Origin: a virus
Lineage: Duplodnaviria; Heunggongvirae; Uroviricota; Caudoviricetes
Length of the DNA: 64,000 nt
Virus record (IMG/VR): IMGVR_UViG_2585427757_000006
Strand: one strand, 5' to 3'
Under the pieces are notes generated by a model. The model saw nothing but the letters and a program-made list of their open reading frames with translations. It had not been told where the DNA came from and did no database searches. This document shows positions 60,113-64,000 of the stretch, piece after piece. Numbering within the stretch: the first letter of the stretch is position 1; every line of letters begins with the position of its first letter. The translations under genes were made by a program, and so were the position numbers.

Positions 60113-60859
60113 TTAATCTGCGGGGTTAATCGTTACTGACTTAGTTGCCTTCTTACCACCGCTATTGCTGGTGAAGGAGATATTTGTAGAACCCTGCGCC
60201 ACACCACGTACCAGACCCGTTTGATCTACCGTGGCCTTTTTCTGGTCTTCGGATTCCCAAACACCGGTTTTGTCTGCGGCATCAGCTGGAGTGATTTCGG
60301 CTGTCAGTTGCACAGTCTCCCCTGCTTTTACAGTTGGAGATTCCTGTTTGATCGACACGGTTTTTACCGGTTTAGGACCGCTCATTTTGCCCAGAACGCC
60401 TTCATCATCCGGGTATGCGCTGAACTGAACAGAGAACACACGAACATCATCAGACTGGTAGGTCATAGTGAAGTTGCCCGCGGTTGCCGCTTTCGGGATG
60501 GTCAACACATAGTCGGTGGTGTCCTGCGGAGTCAGAACCAGCTCCTTCGCCACATCAATCAGGTTAACGCCCTGTGCAGATGTGATCGTGACAGAGCTGT
60601 CATCTTCGCTCAGAGTAGAACCAGGCATCAGGTCAACCATGTTTTGGAGTACAGACTCAGCCAGAGGCGCGGTGATGGTAATGTTGCGCCCCTGAACTAA
60701 TTCGGAAATTACGGTCTGCCCCAACTGATCGACGGTGACTTTCAGCGTTTCAGTGGCTACTTCAACCTGAACACCACCTTTGGTGTAACCCAAATCCACA
60801 CCACCAAACGACACCTTACAGGCACCAAGTTTGATGTTTTTTACATGGGTATTAGACAT
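60113..60859 (-). CDS. major tail tube protein (V-like) with C-terminal Ig-like (Big_2) domain
   Basis: C-terminal Big_2-like sequence TVKAGETVQLTAEITPADAADKTGVWESEDQKKATVDQTGLV; likely start MSNTHVK at 60859. Confidence 0.75.
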   Translation of the reverse strand: MSNTHVKNIKLGACKVSFGGVDLGYTKGGVQVEVATETLKVTVDQLGQTVISELVQGRNITITAPLAESVLQNMVDLMPGSTLSEDDSSVTITSAQGVNLIDVAKELVLTPQDTTDYVLTIPKAATAGNFTMTYQSDDVRVFSVQFSAYPDDEGVLGKMSGPKPVKTVSIKQESPTVKAGETVQLTAEITPADAADKTGVWESEDQKKATVDQTGLVRGVAQGSTNISFTSNSGGKKATKSVTINPAD

Positions 60860-60933
60860 TGATGGAAAACTCCTTTTTCCGTTAATTCTACGCATTCATT
60901 GCGCCAACAGTAAGTATATACTTACCGATTAAC

Positions 60934-61290
60934 CTAATTCAATAAATAGCCAGCAAATTCAACAGGAATGCCTGCTTCTATTAATGCTCCATCATTTTTG
61001 GGATAAATGATTGGCATCGCCATCGGTCGTACCAGTCGAAAATAAACACCACCAGATTCCGTTTCCTCTACTGGAAACATCTCAATGATTTTATTAGCTT
61101 TCTCAACCGTCGTAGTAATTGACGAACCACGCACAATTATTGTGAATGATTCGTGGTAAAAGCCCTGTAGCTCATGATCGATGCTGATACCGGTATTTGG
61201 GTTAATAAGCAGGACGCCAGATTTCACATTGGCAGGCAAGTAGTGACAGAAAATGTCAGTCCCGACCGTGCCAATCTTTGCCTTCTGCAT
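60934..61290 (-). CDS. putative tail terminator / completion protein (~118 aa from MQKAK)
   Basis: Gene directly upstream of the major tail protein; ORF-track start overlaps the previous gene. Confidence 0.4.
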   Translation of the reverse strand: MQKAKIGTVGTDIFCHYLPANVKSGVLLINPNTGISIDHELQGFYHESFTIIVRGSSITTTVEKANKIIEMFPVEETESGGVYFRLVRPMAMPIIYPKNDGALIEAGIPVEFAGYLLN

Positions 61291-61318
61291 CAAACTTGCA
61301 AACGCTTCAATAAACACA

Positions 61319-61792
61319 TTAACCTCTCGTAAAACCGGCTTTTCTGGCAGCCTCAAGAATCGCTTCTGAGAACTGCTTCTCGCTAATTTCCACCGCTCTT
61401 TCCAGAAAGTGTGGCCCAACACGAGGTTTAACACCGGCAATTGGTGGGTTTGTCACGTTCTTCATTCGAGAAAGATAACCGAGTCGGTATTTACCCAGCT
61501 CCATGTACTTAGCATAGTCACCGACTTCTACGCCCGGATGCCCCTGACGTGGTTTTGCTCCAGACACAGAAAGCTCAATGCGCAGCCCTGAATAACCTTC
61601 TTTAATCACCCTGGCAAAGATGGCTGTCTCCAGAGATCCGGTTTCCAGCGGGGCCATTGCACGGCTGAGACGCTCAACCAAACGCGCCAGCTTTTCCATG
61701 TCCCGAATAAGATATCGCTTAAATGCTTTCTGGCTGTTATTGAGTCTATTCCCCGCACGTTTGAACTGATGCGCATCGTATTTCAGACCCAT
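61319..61792 (-). CDS. putative head-tail joining / tail completion protein (157 aa)
   Basis: Position in lambda-like morphogenesis order. Confidence 0.4.
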   Translation of the reverse strand: MGLKYDAHQFKRAGNRLNNSQKAFKRYLIRDMEKLARLVERLSRAMAPLETGSLETAIFARVIKEGYSGLRIELSVSGAKPRQGHPGVEVGDYAKYMELGKYRLGYLSRMKNVTNPPIAGVKPRVGPHFLERAVEISEKQFSEAILEAARKAGFTRG

Positions 61793-62223
61793 ATATTCGC
61801 CCCCACTTCAAGATGCCCAGGTCTTCCTCGTAGCCCCCAGCGGCGATGAACACTGGACACCTTTAATTTTTGACCTTCAAGGATCAGCACATCATCAAGT
61901 TGTACAGCCGCTTCTAAAGGGACAACTAACACAGCATCAAACAGCTCCAGACTCGCCTTACCACGACTACCAGAGCTATCAGCACGAACTGACGATTTCT
62001 CATTACTCTGTTCGAACTTAACCACGCCGACATTCGTCTTCCTGACGAATTGTAATTGCGCCTCGCCGTAAACGTTCTTTGCGCCAAAGCGGTAGATCGC
62101 AATTTCTGTTTGCCACGAAATATTCATGCTCTCTCTCTGTTGTTGTCGGTCGCTCTCATTACTGGCCAAAAAACCTTTCGACCAAAAGTAAATAATGCGA
62201 CTGGCGTTACGCACGGCGAACAA
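61783..62223 (-). CDS. putative head-tail connector protein (start uncertain; possibly ATG at 62127)
   Basis: ORF track; position. Confidence 0.4.
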   Translation of the reverse strand: MFAVRNASRIIYFWSKGFLASNESDRQQQRESMNISWQTEIAIYRFGAKNVYGEAQLQFVRKTNVGVVKFEQSNEKSSVRADSSGSRGKASLELFDAVLVVPLEAAVQLDDVLILEGQKLKVSSVHRRWGLRGRPGHLEVGANIWV

Positions 62224-63040
62224 TCATACGGTTGTTGATGTAACTGACCAGCAAGCGCCAGGTACTACGAGCCACATGCACGTTTGCAGCTTTACCGGTA
62301 CGGTACATGTTGGTTGTTTCACCGATGGACTCTGACAAAATGCCATCCTCTCGTGCTGCGGCTACATCATTGCCATTTGCGATCTCACACGCTTCGTTGA
62401 CAACGGCAAGCATCAACGCTTCTTTGAAGTAGTCAGGGAACTCTTCAAACTTCTCCTGCGTCATCTTTTCCCAATCGACTAAATCATGCCGGTACGCTCC
62501 ATCTGCTCCCCACGGAATGTCATACACATTCAGCATATTTTGAGGGCGATCGTATCGGTCAAAGTCGATACGTAGAATTTTGCGGATTGAGAACGGTAAA
62601 GTTTTAATTCGTCTGGTAGCCTCAATGAGACGCTTGCGCATTAAGCCTTCACCATCCGACAGCAAAGTGTCCCCATTCAGCATATCGATCGCCTGCATTT
62701 GAGCATCAGCGACAGTTGCAAACGACTGTTCTGGTATCGACAGTTCAAAACTATTCAGCAGAACATACATTTGCCGCTCTTCATGCGTCAGACCCGATGC
62801 AACAGCCTTCACAATGACGTACCGCAGATCTCGCTCTTTCTCAGAGAGCTGGTTATATTCAGCCGACACGACAACCGGAATCGACATTTGACCGCTGGTA
62901 ATTTCTAGCGGCTCGCCCTCAACGAGAATAGCCCCGGGGCTGTCCTTTACTGTGTAGGTAGCAGATTCGATATCCAGCACGTTGAAGGCAAATGAAAGGG
63001 AAACAGCTTCACCGCTACGATACGAGTCGATCTGCGCCAT
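62207..63040 (-). CDS. hypothetical structural protein (277 aa)
   Basis: ORF track; within morphogenesis module. Confidence 0.45.
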   Translation of the reverse strand: MAQIDSYRSGEAVSLSFAFNVLDIESATYTVKDSPGAILVEGEPLEITSGQMSIPVVVSAEYNQLSEKERDLRYVIVKAVASGLTHEERQMYVLLNSFELSIPEQSFATVADAQMQAIDMLNGDTLLSDGEGLMRKRLIEATRRIKTLPFSIRKILRIDFDRYDRPQNMLNVYDIPWGADGAYRHDLVDWEKMTQEKFEEFPDYFKEALMLAVVNEACEIANGNDVAAAREDGILSESIGETTNMYRTGKAANVHVARSTWRLLVSYINNRMIVRRA

Positions 63041-63474
63041 TACTCACCGCCTTGTGCTTTCAGGATGCCTTCAATCATCTCGACAATTCCTTTCGCTTTG
63101 ACACCAACCTGATTACCAATCACACGTAGACCGGCAATGCCTTCATTGTCTGCAATTGACTCCAACTCTTCTCGTGTGAAAGTCTGGATCTGTTTGGCCG
63201 GTTCATCTGGTGTCCCACGTTTCATTGGCACAATGTCAGGTGCTGCTGGCTCGGTAATCAGGTCTGCGGTCAACTCGCCACGATCACTGTATGCGGCAGA
63301 CGGAGAAACATTTTTGCCCTCGACTGTTGATGCTCGCATTGAGGCACAAATCCTTTGCTGATCGATAAAAGGCAACTCCGCTACGGACACCCCGTTCTCG
63401 AACTGAACGCCGCACAGCATTCCCGAATAACCGGAAAATTGCGGTTCTAATAAAACAATTTTTGCTGGTTTCAT
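63040..63474 (-). CDS. hypothetical structural protein (144 aa)
   Basis: ORF track; start overlaps neighbour. Confidence 0.45.
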   Translation of the reverse strand: MKPAKIVLLEPQFSGYSGMLCGVQFENGVSVAELPFIDQQRICASMRASTVEGKNVSPSAAYSDRGELTADLITEPAAPDIVPMKRGTPDEPAKQIQTFTREELESIADNEGIAGLRVIGNQVGVKAKGIVEMIEGILKAQGGE

Positions 63475-63518
63475 AACGCTTTCTCTCCTCTTGGGCGGCT
63501 TTCGCCGCCCAATGTCGG

Positions 63519-64000
63519 TTATTCCTGTGCGGCAGTGACCTCTACGGTCGCTGTCGCTTTGTGGCTACCATCTTGGGTAGTAACCTCGATTGTGGCAGTA
63601 CCAGCCGCAACACCAGTTACAACACCGGTTTCGCTGTCCACCGTTGCAAACTCGGTATTTTTAGATTCCCAAGTAACGGTTTTATTTGTGGCTCCTGCCG
63701 GCTCGACATTTGCGGTCAGCTGAACAGTTTTGCTTGCCTCAACGGTTGTGCTATTTGGGTCGATTTCGACGCCTGTAACAGCCACAACAGGCGCAGTTAC
63801 TTCCACCGTTGCAGTTGCCTTTTTGCTACCATCTTGGGAAACGATCTCAATCGTCGCAGTGCCAACTTCTACACCAGTTACGTTCCCGCTCTGGTCTACC
63901 GTTGCCTTATCTTCATTTTTGGAAGACCAGGTAACAGCCTTATTCGTCGCATTTGACGGCTGAACATTCGCTTTCAGACTGACTGATTTCCCTTTCTCAA
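63519..64000 (-). CDS. Ig-like (Big_2) tandem-domain protein, C-terminal part; gene continues beyond the window edge
   Basis: Hand translation of the frame upstream of the ORF-track GTG (63806) stays open to 64000 and gives a second Big_2-like unit (...KAVTWSSKNEDKATVDQSGNVTGVEVGTATIEIVSQDGSKKATATVEVTAP). Confidence 0.6.
   Translation of the reverse strand, partial: EKGKSVSLKANVQPSNATNKAVTWSSKNEDKATVDQSGNVTGVEVGTATIEIVSQDGSKKATATVEVTAPVVAVTGVEIDPNSTTVEASKTVQLTANVEPAGATNKTVTWESKNTEFATVDSETGVVTGVAAGTATIEVTTQDGSHKATATVEVTAAQE

Overview
The window reads as one contiguous piece of a large temperate siphovirus-type phage genome, possibly a phage-plasmid, with almost all genes on the minus strand. 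No candidate stood out as one clearly novel system; the most promising leads are the accessory cargo genes (findings ranked by interest). All calls are from reading the sequence and ORF track by eye; no database search was run.

Layout, left to right:
- 1-1160: a small operon of unknown genes, including a secreted protein.
- 1276-1962: a 5'-truncated IS3-family transposase remnant.
- 1977-9927: an AT-rich type I restriction-modification operon (hsdM-hsdS-X-hsdR) with an uncharacterised 387-aa nuclease-like gene embedded between hsdS and hsdR.
- 10.1-22.6 kb: a T4-flavoured replication/recombination module (RecA/UvsX-like, FEN, gp32-like SSB, AAA+/vWA pair) whose DnaE-type polymerase is split in two by an HNH homing endonuclease gene.
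- 23.1-27.0 kb: an HTH regulator, a tyrosine integrase, and AT-rich cargo genes (a SymE-like unit, an NrdC-like glutaredoxin, a possible HEPN/Abi-like ORF).
- 27.1-28.1 kb: four phage-type tRNAs (Ser, Thr, Tyr, Asn) interleaved with long inverted repeats.
- 28.1-37.2 kb: small membrane ORFs, ATP-dependent DNA ligase, a plus-strand secreted Sel1-repeat protein, primase and DnaB-like helicase.
- 37.4-40.3 kb: a DUF2971-like cargo gene flanked by hairpins, a ParA/ParG-like partition pair and a TacA/TacT-like toxin-antitoxin.
- 40.4-64.0 kb: lysis cassette, a long tail fibre with C-terminal self-cleaving chaperone domain, and a lambda-like tail module (J, I, K, L, M, tape measure, G/T, V), ending in a partial Ig-domain gene at the window edge.

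A palindromic AT-rich motif (TAAGTA...TACTTA) recurs in at least 12 intergenic regions and probably marks the element's own regulatory sites. The overall gene set resembles SSU5/pHCM2-like phage-plasmids as I remember them, but that is unverified.
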